64,000 nt of DNA from Selaginella moellendorffii (taxonomy: Eukaryota; Plantae; Lycopodiophyta): NCBI RefSeq assembly GCF_000143415.4, contig NW_003314289.1, positions 908,035 to 972,034 on the forward strand. Direction: 5' to 3'. A program made the position numbers and the translations under genes. The notes under the pieces are model-generated. The model searched no databases, was not told the DNA's origin, and worked only from the letters and a program-made list of their open reading frames with translations. Below, one piece after another: positions 23,843 to 37,335 of the stretch; position 1 is the stretch's first letter, and every line of letters begins with the position of its first letter.

Positions 23843-26800
23843 TTCCACGTGTCATGTGTTGGTCCTTTTTGGGTCCCCTTTTGGAGCCTCGCTTATTGCT
23901 CGCTTCGTGCTTGTTCCTCGAGCACTTTGTTGGGAGTTCCACTCCCACTCTCGACCTTTCAAGTCGGAGCTTTTAGTCCAAATGTGTTACGCTCGTTTGG
24001 CTTTCACTTCGGCCACTACCACGTGGCACCATTTCCAGCTCCACTTTGGGGCCTAGGGATTTTGTGTCTCACCACCACCCATAGACGAAGTTTGATGTCC
24101 TCATCGAACGGTAAACCATTTTATAAAGTAACACCCGCATGTGTTACCATTTCCATCCTTGGCCCCTAGCCAATATTTGTCAATAGTTTGACATTGAAGG
24201 CTCACCATGCCTTCTCCATATTCGTCAATGGTTCGACACCAAAGGCTTACCATGCCTTGCCCATCCTCTAAGGAGGATAGTCTCTCCACCTTAGAGACTC
24301 ACTTGACCACCTGGGGTGGTTTGCTCCTTTTTATTGGTTCAGTTCTCGCTAAACCTGTTAGAGACACCCTCTCTAACTCAATTTCACTACTCATTCTTGA
24401 GTAGTCACAGATTCCATTGATCTACCTTTGCACTTTGGAACGTTTACTCTTGACTTTTTGGAGTCAATTTCCTAGGTGTCTTTGACACCTTGGCTTGCAC
24501 ATTTTATGCAACTCCACTTCCCCTCCTAGGAAGTTCTCTACTCGAGGGCACCCTCATCCTCTTTTCTATTTTTGTGCCACCATTGGCATTACATTCCATT
24601 TATCATTATTTGTGCTAGGGCTATCCACGGCCCTATCTTTTGGCTCCTTAGTTGCTCCCTCACTTGGAGCCTTTCCTTTGCCAAATTGGAGCACTTGGGA
24701 ATCCGTCCTTGGAAGTCCACTTCTTTTTCCGCAATCCGTTAGCATCAAACACATTAGTGTTCCTTGGCTAACTTTGCCATTTGGTTTCTTTCCCATGATT
24801 CCCATGGCTCTTTTCTTAGCCATTAGTCTTTTGCTCCTATCCTTGATTGTTGTACCTAACAACATCGGATCATTACCTCCATTCTCGAGGTATCTTCTTG
24901 ATTCCATAGTAAAGACTTTACTTTGCCAAGTCCAAAGGGTGCTCACCCCTAGTACGTCACTTTAGCATTTCCTATTGTGGGCTCTATCCATGGCCCAACT
25001 TTTGAGACCCTCCCTTGGATCTTTCATAGAGGCCACTTTCCTCGGACTTACTATGCCATAGCCATGACATAGCTCATTTCCCATAGGTGCTCTTCCCACT
25101 TGGTCACTTTGACCAAGCCACACCATTATCAATAGTTCAAATCAACACTTTGAACTAGGAATCATATCCTTTAACCCAAACAAAGACCTTGTCCGTGTTC
25201 AGCCACAAGATCACCTAGTAATCTCATCTTGACCCCTTAATAGATCTACCAATAGGGACTAGGTCTTCTAGACCTTATTAAGTTGTTGACTATGACCCCG
25301 GGGGCATCCCCCACACTTGGCGGTGCGCCCAAACTAGCCCTTACGGCCAAGGATCCATAGCAACTGAGACTGGGTGTCCCCATCTCATTCACCACGTCCT
25401 TGGTGCCTTTTGCACCAAAGTGTTCAAGTTAGATATGCCGAGCTTTCACTCTAAGCAATCTAACCGTGCATCACGACTCCGAGGCATCCCTCGCTTGGCG
25501 GTGTGCCCAAACCAGTCTCCTCACTGAGAGTCCATGACCACCGAAATATGAGTGTCCTCATATTCCAAACCATCACCACGCCCTAGTGTTTTGGGACTCG
25601 AACCCAAGCACTAGAGGATCGGGACTCGAACCCAACCTCTGTATATGCATCTACGGACGGTATCACCCAGGATGCTTGGCGTGACTCCCCACGCCGGTGC
25701 ACCAACTTATACTCAAAGCACGCTATAGATCACAGCTTAGGAACCTAGTTCCTCCACACTGCCAAGTCCTCTCACTTAACAAGTCTGTGATCATGCATGG
25801 ACTCCTCCATGCTTGGCCCCATGGCCCACCCTTTTTGAAGTTATCACCTTCAACTAGGGTATTTGTTCCCCTGACTTGTCAATCTCGCTTGGCAAGTCCT
25901 CTGACCACTGTAACATGGTTCCTGCACAAGCGTGAAAGCCCTTGATCATCGACTTTCATTCAAAGCCCTCTCTTTGAACACTCGGGAACTACTTCCCTAA
26001 CCTTGATAGCATTGCCTCATGGCAAGCTTCAAGACCACGCTTCTGCTGTGCCACTCTGATTTCGCGCGTTCCTTGAACCATTTATGCTTGGCTTTTCTAG
26101 GTACTAAGCTACCTAGAATCGTCTTTGGGAACCTTAAAGGAACTCTGTCCCTTAGCTTGCTAAAGCCTCCCTTTTTGCAAGCTTTCCAATTACCATATAG
26201 TCTAACATGGACAATTCCATATTTCAGACTCTCCATGGCATCACGGTTGATAGCGGCAACACTCTCGAGCCCCCACTTGATTCTCCACTACTAGCTAGCA
26301 TAACCAACCTTGGTTATGTCCCTCGATTCCTATGGTTTGGTTTTATCCCCTTACTTCTTGCTTTTGGCTTCACACATTTTCTTCAGTCATTCTCCTCCAG
26401 ACCAGGAGGATATCTTTGCACTTTCTATCATGCCTTAGCAAGTATTCTTAGGGATGAACCTACCCGATATCCTAGGGAGGGGTTCCTCAATCCAGGTATG
26501 CTCACCCTATAATCCCACACACCGAGATTATGTTGTTGCTTATGGGCCTTCACATGCCTATCGCTAGCCTTGCCAAAATTCCATTTTTGGCTTTGTCCAA
26601 TTCGAGTAGACAGTCTTCTTTTGTCTCCACCACCTTGGACATTTGGATAGCACCTTGTATCCATCATTCGCTAGGGACTTAGTCCCTTGGGTTTTATCTA
26701 TTGCCCTTGCGACATCAAACACCACCTCCTGGTGTTCTAGAGTGTTTGGGTGTCCCAATGATGGCTTCCTTGACAATGAGTATTTCCTTTTATGACATTG

Positions 26801-29046
26801 ACTTACTATATCGCAACATAAGCAACTTATCCCCCATAAGGGTATATCCAACTTCCCTATGCCATTAAGAAGGCTTGGGTAGCTACCTTCTACCCGTTTA
26901 ACCAATTATTTTGCACCTTTTACTTAGTTGCCTCATAGTTGTCAAGTCCTACAACTCATTGCTGGTGCTTCCACACCTCCATCATTATCTGGGTCACCAC
27001 ACTCCAACTGCATGCTCTATAGCTTAGGCTATGCCATTCCCATTTCCATTAGGATTCCTTTGGCAAGGGGTTCTCATGAACCCACCAACATAGCCTCAAG
27101 GTATCACACCTTGGCACATTTGGTGTCTCCACACCATCGGCTCCACGAGCCTACCTCTATGACACTTCTTCTTTGTGTCTAAGTCTTTGCCAAGACCAAT
27201 ACCGCTCCTTCTCATGCCAACCATCTGTTAGCACTGCACCATAAAGGTCACCCACAACTTTGTGTCAAAGTTATTTTCTTTTGGGAACACCTTTCCCACA
27301 ACTTTAGCATGGCACATTTTGCCATCGATGAGATACCCTCTATTCTCATCCTTGGATCCTATGATCCCCCCCACCCTTCGTGGGATACCACACACCTTAG
27401 TCCAAATGCTTCCATCAGTCCTTTAGGACCATTCCTTAACTCTACTTGAGTCATCCAGCAGTTTTGGACTTGGTTAATCCACAGACCCACAAGGTCCTAC
27501 TTGTCCATGTAATGAGAATACCACTCATCTCTAAGTACACCCCCCAACTCCTTGGGTTGTTCCAGTATTTATTAAAGGTAGCCCCGGCTACCATTTCAAG
27601 GACTTGAGTCCTCTTCCGTATTTGACCTCCCACGGTCATTACTTTTGGTCTCACATTCATGAGCACCAACCTCAACTATATGAGGATAATCTTGTGACTC
27701 CTTTATTGCTTTGGAGTCTTTATCTTTCCCGTGATCCCAACTATAGTTGTTTACCACAACTACATTAGCCAGTTTGCTAAGTCAAACGCTCATCTGGATC
27801 ACATCCTCAATTCTCTGAGGAAAACCATATACTGTTCCCAAGATCCCAAAGTCGTTCCATTATTGGCCCTTTTCTATCCACCACATCGTGCCCAAGTTCA
27901 CGCATGAACTTGAGTGGAGAGCCATGTCCTCCCGACATGCTACTCCTCAAGGATAGGCCCACTCCTAGGACCTTCCGATGCCAGCATCAATGGTGATATA
28001 CTTGAGCACCAATAAAAGTCGGACTAAGGAACAGCTCCGAAACCAAGTTGTAAGCGACTAATTTTTCCATTCTACTTCAGTCACTTAACCACACCTCCGA
28101 CCACTTGGAGGAGTCTCATTCACAACCTCCATCAGTCCAATTCAGGACTTGGGACTTGCTAGCCCCAAGAATGGCATCCATGCCACTTAACACTTGCACC
28201 TGGTCCAAGTGCTCCACGTGTCCGGTCCCAAGACCGACACCCAAAGGTACCACTGACATCTTGGCCCGTTACGTTAAGGCCATGCCCATTCACCTTTGCT
28301 GCACTAGTGGTCCAATACCACTTGCATCACCATCCCGTCTCTCCAAAACTGGGCCATCTGTCCATGAGTGGTCATCCTAGATCCACTCCTTAGCATCCTT
28401 AGGATGCCCACAGACCTGGGGAATCGCCTTCCCCAAAGTCCCTTTGTCAGTTCCTACCAAGTCCCTTTCTGCCCCTGGCCGTGTTTGCCAACACTGCCAC
28501 TGGATCGAGGCCCACAGGCCCGACCACTAAGTCCCATGGTCCTCTGGGACTTCCTCACCACACGACTATGTCCTTGATCACTACCCCAGGGGACTGCTCC
28601 TCTTCCTTTCCACAGTCTAGGCCTTTGGGACAACATTTCGGAACACCGTGGCCTTACGTGAGCCACCTGGGTACTCTCCCCACCTTTCGCCTTTAGATGC
28701 TCTAGCCATGGGCTTAGAGCGAGGTTCCATTGAGCCACGCCTGGTATCCAAGTAGGTAGTGCCACCCACACTTGGACTGGGAGCATCGGCCAGTCGATCT
28801 CCCGGGGGAACTAGAGCTGGCTCTTGAACACTTCACCAAGCTACCCCGCTTGTCGGTCCATATTCACTTTAGTCTTGGACTTCCCAGTGGTCAGTTCGTC
28901 ACCCAACACTAGGTCTGGCCTCCCTGGGCCAAACTGGCCTTTCCTGGCCAAACTGGCTCCACTGCAGTCCTCCCCCTTACTATACTTTTGGAGCTCACCA
29001 AACCCCCCAAGGTCTGGGAGACGAACGCTTTGGGCTTTCACCCTCT

Positions 29047-29530
29047 CAGACTTGAACTCGAACTCGGACTCGGACTCAGACTCAGTCTCAGCCTTGGCCT
29101 CGGTCTCGGTCTCTATCCCGGTCTCGGTCCCGGTCTCGGTCTCAGTCTTGGTCTCGGTCTCGGTCCCGGTCTCGGTCTCGACCTCGGACTCCATCTCGGG
29201 TCCTTCTCGGACTCCATCTCGGACTCCCCGTCTCGGCCCATCATCTCGGACTCCGTCTCGGTCCATCTCGGACTCCATCTCAGGTCCATCTCGGACTCCG
29301 TCTCGGTCCACTTCGGACTCCATCTCGGACTCCATCTCGGGTCCATCTCGGACTCCGTCTCGGTCCACCTCGGACTCCACTTCAGGTCCATCTCGGACTC
29401 CATATCGGACTCCATCTCGAACTCCACTTCGGATCCATCTTGGACTCCATCTCAGACTCCACTTCGGACTCCATATCGGACTCCACTTCGGGTCCATCTC
29501 GGACTCCATATCGGACTCCATCTCGGACTC
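29047..29530. repeat. Tandem array in the second D LTR (shorter copy)
   Basis: Same units as 23286-23842 with a different copy number. Confidence 0.97.
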
Positions 29531-29761
29531 TTCCACGTGTCATGTGTTGGTCCTTTTTGGGTCCCCTTTTGGAGCCTCGCTTATTGCTCGCTTCGTGCTT
29601 GTTCCTCGAGCACTTTGTTGGGAGTTCCACACCCACTCTCGACCTTTCAAGTCGGAGCTTTTAGTCCAAACGTGTTACGCTCGTTTGGCTTTCACTTCAG
29701 CCACTACCACGTGGCACCATTTCCAGCTCCACTTTGGGGCCTAGGGATTTTGTGTCTCACA

Positions 29762-29885
29762 GGTAGCCTTAGAAGAGTGTTATGATAGACCTTTTGCGGG
29801 ACACAGCGGAATACCCAAGACAATGGGCTTACTCAAGAGGAAATATCATTGGCCAGATATGGCTAAGGACGTCCAAGACGCAGGA
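29762..29885 (+). pseudogene. Integrase zinc-binding fragment of A, truncated by a deletion into the 3' LTR
   Basis: LEECYDRPFAGHSGIPKTMGLLKRKYHWPDMAKDVQD, then an abrupt switch to sequence matching the 5' LTR from ~6802. Confidence 0.85.
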
Positions 29886-30623
29886 GCACTGCAAAGGGTT
29901 CCAAAAGTATAGTAAGGATAGTGAGATCTAGGAATCAATCTTGAAGAAGCTCTCAAGTGGTGCTTCAAAACTGACTTGAGGTTAAGATTGAGGCCGAGGG
30001 GTCTTGGGTGGGAATGAGCATGGACTCAGGTGGTGTCGGAGGGGCCACCCAAGGAAGTGCTCAAGAGCAACTCCCACTCCCGGAAGGGAAACCGACTGCA
30101 GTGCTCCCGGCTCACGTGGAGTGGTGCCCCATTTGAGTACCTTGTAGCTCATTGGTCCTCTCTCTTCCTAGGGGCTTGGGCCTTCCCTTCGGGATGGAAG
30201 TGGGGGTATAGAGGTACCCATACCGGGCCATTAGGCCACGGTGTTTCGCCTCGGCGTCCCAGAGCAAGTGTAGCACCCAAGACTTGGGATTTAGAGGGTC
30301 CCATGATCAAGTGTTGTTGTACCAAAGGATGTTAAAAACCTAGAGGCTTGGTGTGCTTGGCTGCTTGTGCCTGTGGGGAGTGTAGCCAAACCTTAAGTCT
30401 AGACTAACCCGGGAAGAGGGATTGGGAAAGATTTAGGAATCCGTGGATGAATGGCTAACACTCCATTGGTTGTGCAGTGAGTAACTAAAACCAAGTAGGA
30501 CTAAATAGGAACTCGTACAATAAGCAAGAACCTTAGTGAGGGAACTTAGTTAAAGCCAAAGTAGTGTTTGTCGAATAGATAAGGTAAGCTGACAAATTGG
30601 AAAAGAAAAATTTGTGGCTTACA

Positions 30624-32773
30624 GGTTTCAAGAGTTTTGTATCAAGCTTAAAGAATTTTTGAATGATATTATTAAAAAACATATTTTTGGAAATTATATT
30701 TCTTTTATATATGTAATTGAATTTCAAAAGAGAGGCCTTCCACATTGTCACTTTCTAGGGATTTTATCTTATGAAAACAAGATTAAAGACCGTGATGCTA
30801 TTAACCAATATATAATAGCATAATTGCTTGATCCTCAAGATGAACTTAAAATTTCTAAAATAATTACATCCCATATGATACATGGTCCATGTGGGTCTCT
30901 TTACCCTAATAGTCTTTGCATGGAAAATGGCACTTGCTCAAAAGGTTATTCATAAAAATTTAATTATGAAACTACTTTTAGTGTTGATGGATATCTAGAT
31001 TATTACAGACCTAATAATAGTCGTAATGGGTGTTATATTGATAATTGTTAGGTAGTGCCTTATAATAAATACCTTTGTAAAAAAATATAATGCCCATATT
31101 AATATTGAAATTTGTGCTACAATAAAAAGTATTAAGTATTTATTTCAATATGTCTATAAAGGTTATGATTGTGCTACAATTGAAATCCATTTAGCAACCC
31201 AACAACTTAATAATATTTTAAATTGGGATGAAATCTCAACTTTTTTAAATACACATTATGTATATGTTCCAAAGGCAATATGAAAACTTTTTAAATTTAA
31301 AATGCATGGTCATTCGACCCCTATAATCCGTCTTTCTATCCATCTTCCAAATTTTCAAAATATCTATTTTATAGAAGGTTCTAAACAAATGGCACTTCAA
31401 AGAGCTACTCAAAATGGTATGATATTGATAAAATGATTTGAATTAAATATAAATGACCTAAATGCTAGACAATATACATATCCTGAAATCCCTTTATATT
31501 ATACATTTAACCCTCATATTCATAACTGGCAAATTTGACATACAAGAAATGTCATTCCCCAAATGTATTATGTGTCGCCATCTAATGTTGAACTATATCA
31601 TTTATTTCTTATTTTACTCCATAAAAAAAGTGCTACGTCTTTCAAAAATCTCAAGACAGTTAACAATATTTATTATGACATGTTTCAACAAGTCGCAAAT
31701 GCAATGAAGCTTATAACTAATGATAACACTCATGCATTCACTGCTGTTGATTGAGTGTTGCGAGACCTAAAAAATATATCATTACCTTTTGGTGGCATAA
31801 TTGTTATCACTAGCGGGGACTTTAGATTAACACTTCCAGTCATTCCACATGGATATAGGGCACAAATTGTTTCAAGTTCTGTAAGAATGAATAAATTATG
31901 GAGATTATTTAGAAAGTTATCTTTGAAAACAAATATACAACTTACTGAAAGTGATAAATCATGGGTTGAATGGCTTCTCAAAGTTGGAAATGGTAAAATT
32001 TTTGAAAATTACCATCTTTACCTTCTAACGCCATTTTATTACATCATACACAACTAATTTATTCATCTATTATTGATTTTGTTTACCCTTCAGTACTTGA
32101 TATTTCAAACCCTTATATTGCATCCAATCAAATCATACTTACCCCACTTAACAATGATACATTTGCAATCAACAACACTATTGTCTCTAGATTACAATGT
32201 GATACATATATCTACAAAAGCATTGATTTTGCTGATACTGAAGATCTTGAAAATTTTCCAACCAAATTCCTAAATTCTATCACACCTTCTAATCTCCCAC
32301 CACATAAACTCTCTCTCAAACAAGGTGCTATTCTTATCCTCCTAAGAAATATGTCTTCATCAGCAAGACTATGTAACAGCATATGTCTCATTCTGAAAAA
32401 TGCACTACCAAATGTTTTAGATTGTGAAATTGTGATGGTGCAATTTAAAGGGATAAGAGTTTTTATCCCATGTATCACACTAATACCATCAAATACAGAA
32501 ATTCCGTTCAAAATGTCTAAATGACAATTTCCAATTCGTTTGGGTTACTACTTAACAATCTCTAAATGCCAAGGACAGACATTTGACCGAGTTGGAGTTT
32601 ACTTGCCCCACCTAGTTTTCACTCATGGGCAACTTTATGTGGCTTTATCAAAATGCACATCACCACATGGACTTGGAATTAAAGTTCAAAACACCACACG
32701 CCAAGGTCACCTCCTTCCTCAAGATCCTTCTCTTTTTACAATCAACACTGTCTATAAAGAGGTTTTATATTGA
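30624..32773 (+). pseudogene. Helitron Rep (HUH/Y2) and PIF1-like helicase C-terminal part
   Basis: YVIEFQKRGLPHCH, MIHGPCG, VPYN, KYLFQYVYKGYD, PFGGI..SGDFRLTLPVIP, LPPHKLSLKQG, LTISKCQGQTFDRVGVYL..FTHGQLYVALS; no Walker A region seen. Confidence 0.95.
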
Positions 32774-32815
32774 ACCTCTTTGTAAACCACCCAGCATTTG
32801 CTGGGCAAGTACTTG

Positions 32816-35070
32816 TAAATACACGTCACTTGCAAATTTAGACACTTGTAAGTGAAAGTTAACAAATAAGTTTCTTTAATTAGGTCAAGTATATTTGACT
32901 AGTAGTACTTAAAAATTTCATCTTTATGATCCTTTGGCCAAATGTACATATGAAGATCAGTTTCTCAAATAGTTTGGGTGCAGATTGATAAAGGGTTTAG
33001 CAATATTGACATTTTATCATCATAGCAATAATGAAAAAATATCTGAAAGGATTTATCAATAGATAATTTTTGATACCCACAATCACATTTGCAACACTCT
33101 CTCCCCCCTTTAAGTAGGATCAACATCCTTGTAAGTTCATACTCTAAGCTAGTCTAGACCATTGCCAAGGAAACAATTCTAGAAAAATTTTGCAATGTAT
33201 ATATTTTATGAGAAATATATCAACTTAAATGAGTTAAGAGGCAATGTTTTAATTTAATGCAAATGTCCTACAACTCAAACACCTTCTGGCTCTCACCAAC
33301 ATAGAAATGACCAACAAAGTCAGCCATCTTTGCCATATTAAATGTTATCTACCTTACAAAAAATGATATGCCCCTACCTATATATGACATAAAGAGAGAA
33401 ATTAAAAACCTTAACCCTCTTAAAAAAACAAACCAAACCCACCGATAAAAGGCTATTATAGGTGATGTGACCAATTGATAACAATTATCCTATAAAGATT
33501 TCATCATACATACGAAGTGTCAAGGCTAGTTTACATATACTATCCCTAAACCCAAAGATCAATAGATAGACAATCTTAAAGTCATATACAAAGATATCTT
33601 AAAGACAATAAATTATCAATAAATAAATCTTACATTAGAACACAAAAGTATTTCAATTAAATTATCATATAATAAATCAATACAATATAGAAACCACCAA
33701 GATCACTATGGTTTAAAGTCATAGTATTAACCACCATCTCGGGTCCATCTCGGACTCCATCTCGGACTCCGTTTCGGTCCATTTTGGACTCCATCTTGGG
33801 TCCATCTCGGACTCCATCTCGGGTCCATCTCGAACTCCATCTCGGACTCCATCTTGGTTTCAAATAAAATTTAATAGCAAGTGTATCATAAAAAAAACTC
33901 ATAAATATCATCAATTGGCAAGAAAAATGCTCGTGAATATATCACCCAAATGAAAATAACATCCCAATCTAGTAGAACCAACTGTAATAATAATTAACAT
34001 TTCAGAATGAATATTGCAAAAATAAATAAACACTTATTCATAAAAATTATTGCACTAACTAGTCTCAATAGATCCCAATCAATAATATAGAGGAATTAGA
34101 GTTGTTCAAGAAAGTGTTAACAATATCTTATCAATAACTCAAATCCAAGAAACCAATCCAAAGTAAACTATAAACAATATATGGTAATGCAGAAAGCTAA
34201 GATAATAACTAACCATTAGGAAAGATTATTGATCATTTTAACAATAGAGATGCATAATTATCATTAAATTATAATCCACCATCTTGAAGAACAGAAAATC
34301 ATTTAACATCAACAATAATTAAATAAAATCTATAATAAGGATCTTAACTATCCAAATCATTACTAATGATTACTAAATGTACATATCAACTTTAATATTG
34401 GAACTAATGAGCTAAAATGCCTTTACTAACAACTCTTAGCAAATGAAATAATAAACATGATAACCCAAAGAACCTAAAACTTGAAGAAGTATATAGTTAA
34501 ATTTCACTTAACAATAATTATAAGTTTTTCATTAACCAACTTTAATACCAAAAGAAGAAATTATGGTACAACTCACAATACCCTTCTCAACACATCCATA
34601 ATCTAAATTTTATAATGTAAAAGCTAATAGAGAGCATTATTGTATCAATCCAACAACTAAGTACATTGAAATTATACTCAACAAGTGATCACTAAACAAT
34701 CCTTTATGAATCCATCTTTTAAAGCATAACGTAACTCATTTCATAACAAATACAAGAAAAATCATCAATAATCAATATATCATCAACTCAAATTTAATAA
34801 GAAACCAAGAATTTCAATATCAATAATTAACTCTTCCTTTTATAAAGTTAGTATAATCTATGAGTAAATCATTTTTCAAAAAAAAGATAAAACTTAATCC
34901 TTACTAAACATTCTCATCTAAAGCACAACTAATTTAACTTGCCACTCAACTCATTTGAACACCAATATAATTGCTAACTAGCAAAATGCATAAATGTTAA
35001 TGACAGAAAAGTATAACCAAACTATCAATATAATCTTCATTAAGACTAATGAAACAAAATATCAATCTCT
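32816..35070 (-). mobile_element. Degenerate C-family element C' (LTR part, PPT and internal region)
   Basis: Reverse complement of 32880-33096 aligns to the start of the C LTR; PPT complement ctctctcccccctt at ~33097-33110; 33110-35070 aligns by eye to C internal ~16100-18095. Confidence 0.85.
33733..33858. repeat. Isolated (CTCGGACTCCAT)n array inside C'
   Basis: About ten 12-bp units of the D-LTR type in otherwise AT-rich DNA. Confidence 0.93.
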
Positions 35071-36190
35071 AATAGGCCCTACCAAATATTAACCACTTGA
35101 ATTACCACAGATGGAAAATTTAACCTTCCAACTTTCTCCATGGAGAGATATCTTATCTCACTATACGCAATAATGTTACAATAACTTTGATTAGGTTCTC
35201 AAAATGGTTATAATACATATAGTTTTCACCCTTTATCTTACAATAATTTACCATAGAATAACCATGAAGTGGAAATTAAACCTTTGGCCACATATCTAAA
35301 GCACATATGGTTTTCACCTTTTCCCTATAATAGTTTATCATAGGAAAACCATTAGATACATGAGCCAAGGGTAGTAGAGTGGAATTTAAATTTAAAGCCT
35401 TATGCTATTCAATGAATGAATGAAGCTAAACTCCCGAATATATAACTAGCGTAAGAAATTGAAACACAAAATGACTTTACGGTGTAGATTTTAATGAGCA
35501 AAGGGATAAGAGCATAGAGCGACATTAGAGTAATTCTAAAACTTTCAACATCTCAATGCTAAATCTAATATGTAAAATAGAGCCAAATGGAATTTAATGT
35601 TCTATGGCCTATAAATACTCATAATATGAAACTTAGGCTTAGACCTAAAATGTAAAACAAAAACAAACATGCAAGTAAGAATTAAACTATACTTACTAGA
35701 TAATTTGAAGAGTCAGTGCCAAAAGCAATATACATTGCTTCGAAATTATTGAGAGTCAAGGTCAATATTTCACATTTGTGCACTTAGGTTTGAGTTCTTC
35801 AGTAGTGCTATATTTATGAGGCTGTTGAGATCTAGGGGTAAATGGCCACTAATCAAGTTGGCTTTATTGTTGTAGGACTTTACTCATACAAGCTAGATTC
35901 ATAACTCAATTATTTCGAAACTAAATTCAATGTTAGAGGAGTGGCTAATTGAGTAAATTTACAATCTTTTGAAAAAAGAAATTGAAAGTCTAGAGAGATT
36001 AAATTTCAAACTAAAAGCTTCTTCGAATGTTATTGTTAATGTTGCTATGCCACTGATGTGAATATTAAATTGGTATATACAACTAGCTAGAAATGGGGAG
36101 ACCAGCCAAGAAACACATACTATTACTAATAGCCACGTACCATATAAAAAAATAAACCTTTAAGCTTTATTATTATTATTTTATTTTTTC

Positions 36191-37250
36191 TTAGTAGTCT
36201 TGCTGGAGTTTTGTGCATACAGCCGTTGTTGTAGAAGTTGGACCTTCTCATAAAACAAAAAAAAAATTAGCAAGATCTTTTTGATACCAAGAATCTAAAC
36301 TTACATAGCTGGAGGCATGGTTGCTTCAATGCAGGATCTTCTTCGAGAGAGGTTGGCTGGAGCCCATAGATCATCTCACAGCTCATGTCTTCAAAATCTA
36401 CAAAAACGCTGAGGGTGATCAAAGAGGAAATAAAAACATCAATCTTCTCGTACTTGGTGTCATGGTGAGAGGCAACCCAAAGTCATTTGTGAAGAAATCC
36501 TGGGTGGGAATTTTACACATATTTACGCACATTCCAACACAGTTGCTGTTCTCTAGATACCTGGAAACGTATTTTTACATGCTTAGTTCTCTTCTTTGTA
36601 GAAATCTCACCTGCATTTAAGAATCTTCACACCGCTGTTTTGTTTCACTCCATTCACTTCTACCTCAAACCGCTGTCAAAAAGTTTGATATAGAAAAGAA
36701 CAAACTAGGATCAATTCGTGGATTTTTTTTACCTCGCAAGGTCCTACGAGCCACTGGAAAAATGGCACCGTGATCGCAGCATTGAACTCGCAAGCCCATT
36801 TAGTTGGAGGAAATAGCTTTCGAAACTATATCACAATACATCACATAGATAAAACTCGAAAAGGAAAATCTTGATAGTACCGTTTCTGGAGCTCCGGGAG
36901 GCATGATTGATAGAAGAACTTCACGAACAAGAGCTCGCTGCTCTACCGGATTTCTTCCCTGAAGAACACCTCGCGATACATCCACGAACCCATCATATCC
37001 AGTCTTTTTGCTAGCTCTCCCTACATTAGAATTCTTTTGATCATACAAGGACAATATAAACCATGTAAGAATCTTTATCCATACCTGTGGCATTCTCCAT
37101 CTTCCTGGCAAAGAGGGACATGAAAGCTCTGTCAAAGATTGAATCCTTGTATCGTGTCTTCTGGCCCATTGGCGCTGGCTTTCCCGACGGCTCCGCGATC
37201 TCACAGCGAATCAAGCTTCTACTATGCAGTGAAACGGAGCTCATCGCCAT
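36191..37250 (-). CDS. DWARF27-like beta-carotene isomerase (D27-like1 type), copy 1, multi-exon
   Basis: [101 protein letters not shown]; canonical short introns. Confidence 0.92.
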
Positions 37251-37335
37251 TCCAAAAGAACCAGAAAAAAAACTAATCTACAACCAAAACGAGAGAGCCA
37301 GCGTGTGCCAAGCACGCAACACAAAACAAAAAATC

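Larger units (their letters stand above)
22288..29761 (-). mobile_element. LTR element D, with LTRs related to A and a ~4-kb internal region lacking recognisable pol
   Basis: LTRs 22288-~24073 and 28049-29761, highly similar; TSD GGTAG (22283-22287 / 29762-29766); PBS-like TGGTTTCGGAGC on the minus strand at 28034-28045. Confidence 0.93.
6460..30623 (+). mobile_element. Ty3/gypsy LTR retrotransposon A (decayed; hosts elements B, C and D)
   Basis: TG at 6460, CA at 30623, TSD GGTTT (6455-6459 / 30624-30628). 5' LTR is in three pieces (6460-7034, 11959-12067, 18696-18864); partial 3' LTR ~29889-30623; domain order PR-RT-RH-IN. Confidence 0.93.
3757..32815 (+). mobile_element. Helitron (RepHel-type, decayed), inflated to 29 kb by nested LTR insertions
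   Basis: 5' A|TCTATAATAATAA at 3756/3757; 3' hairpin CCCAGCA-TT-TGCTGGG (32790-32805) then CTTG|T (variant of CTRR). The flanks rejoin into a C-family LTR. RepHel remnants lie on both sides of element A. Confidence 0.88.

Noticed and set aside
23011-24169. Long ORFs on both strands (368, 215, 190 aa; Ser/Asp, Glu/Ser, Leu/Gly rich)
   Set aside because: By-products of stop-free 6/12-bp tandem repeats inside an LTR.
24101-24200. Possible chromodomain remnant (YFIKW) in element D
   Set aside because: Too short and degenerate to support by eye.
28824-29785. 306, 265 and 231 aa ORFs
   Set aside because: Same repeat array in the second D LTR.
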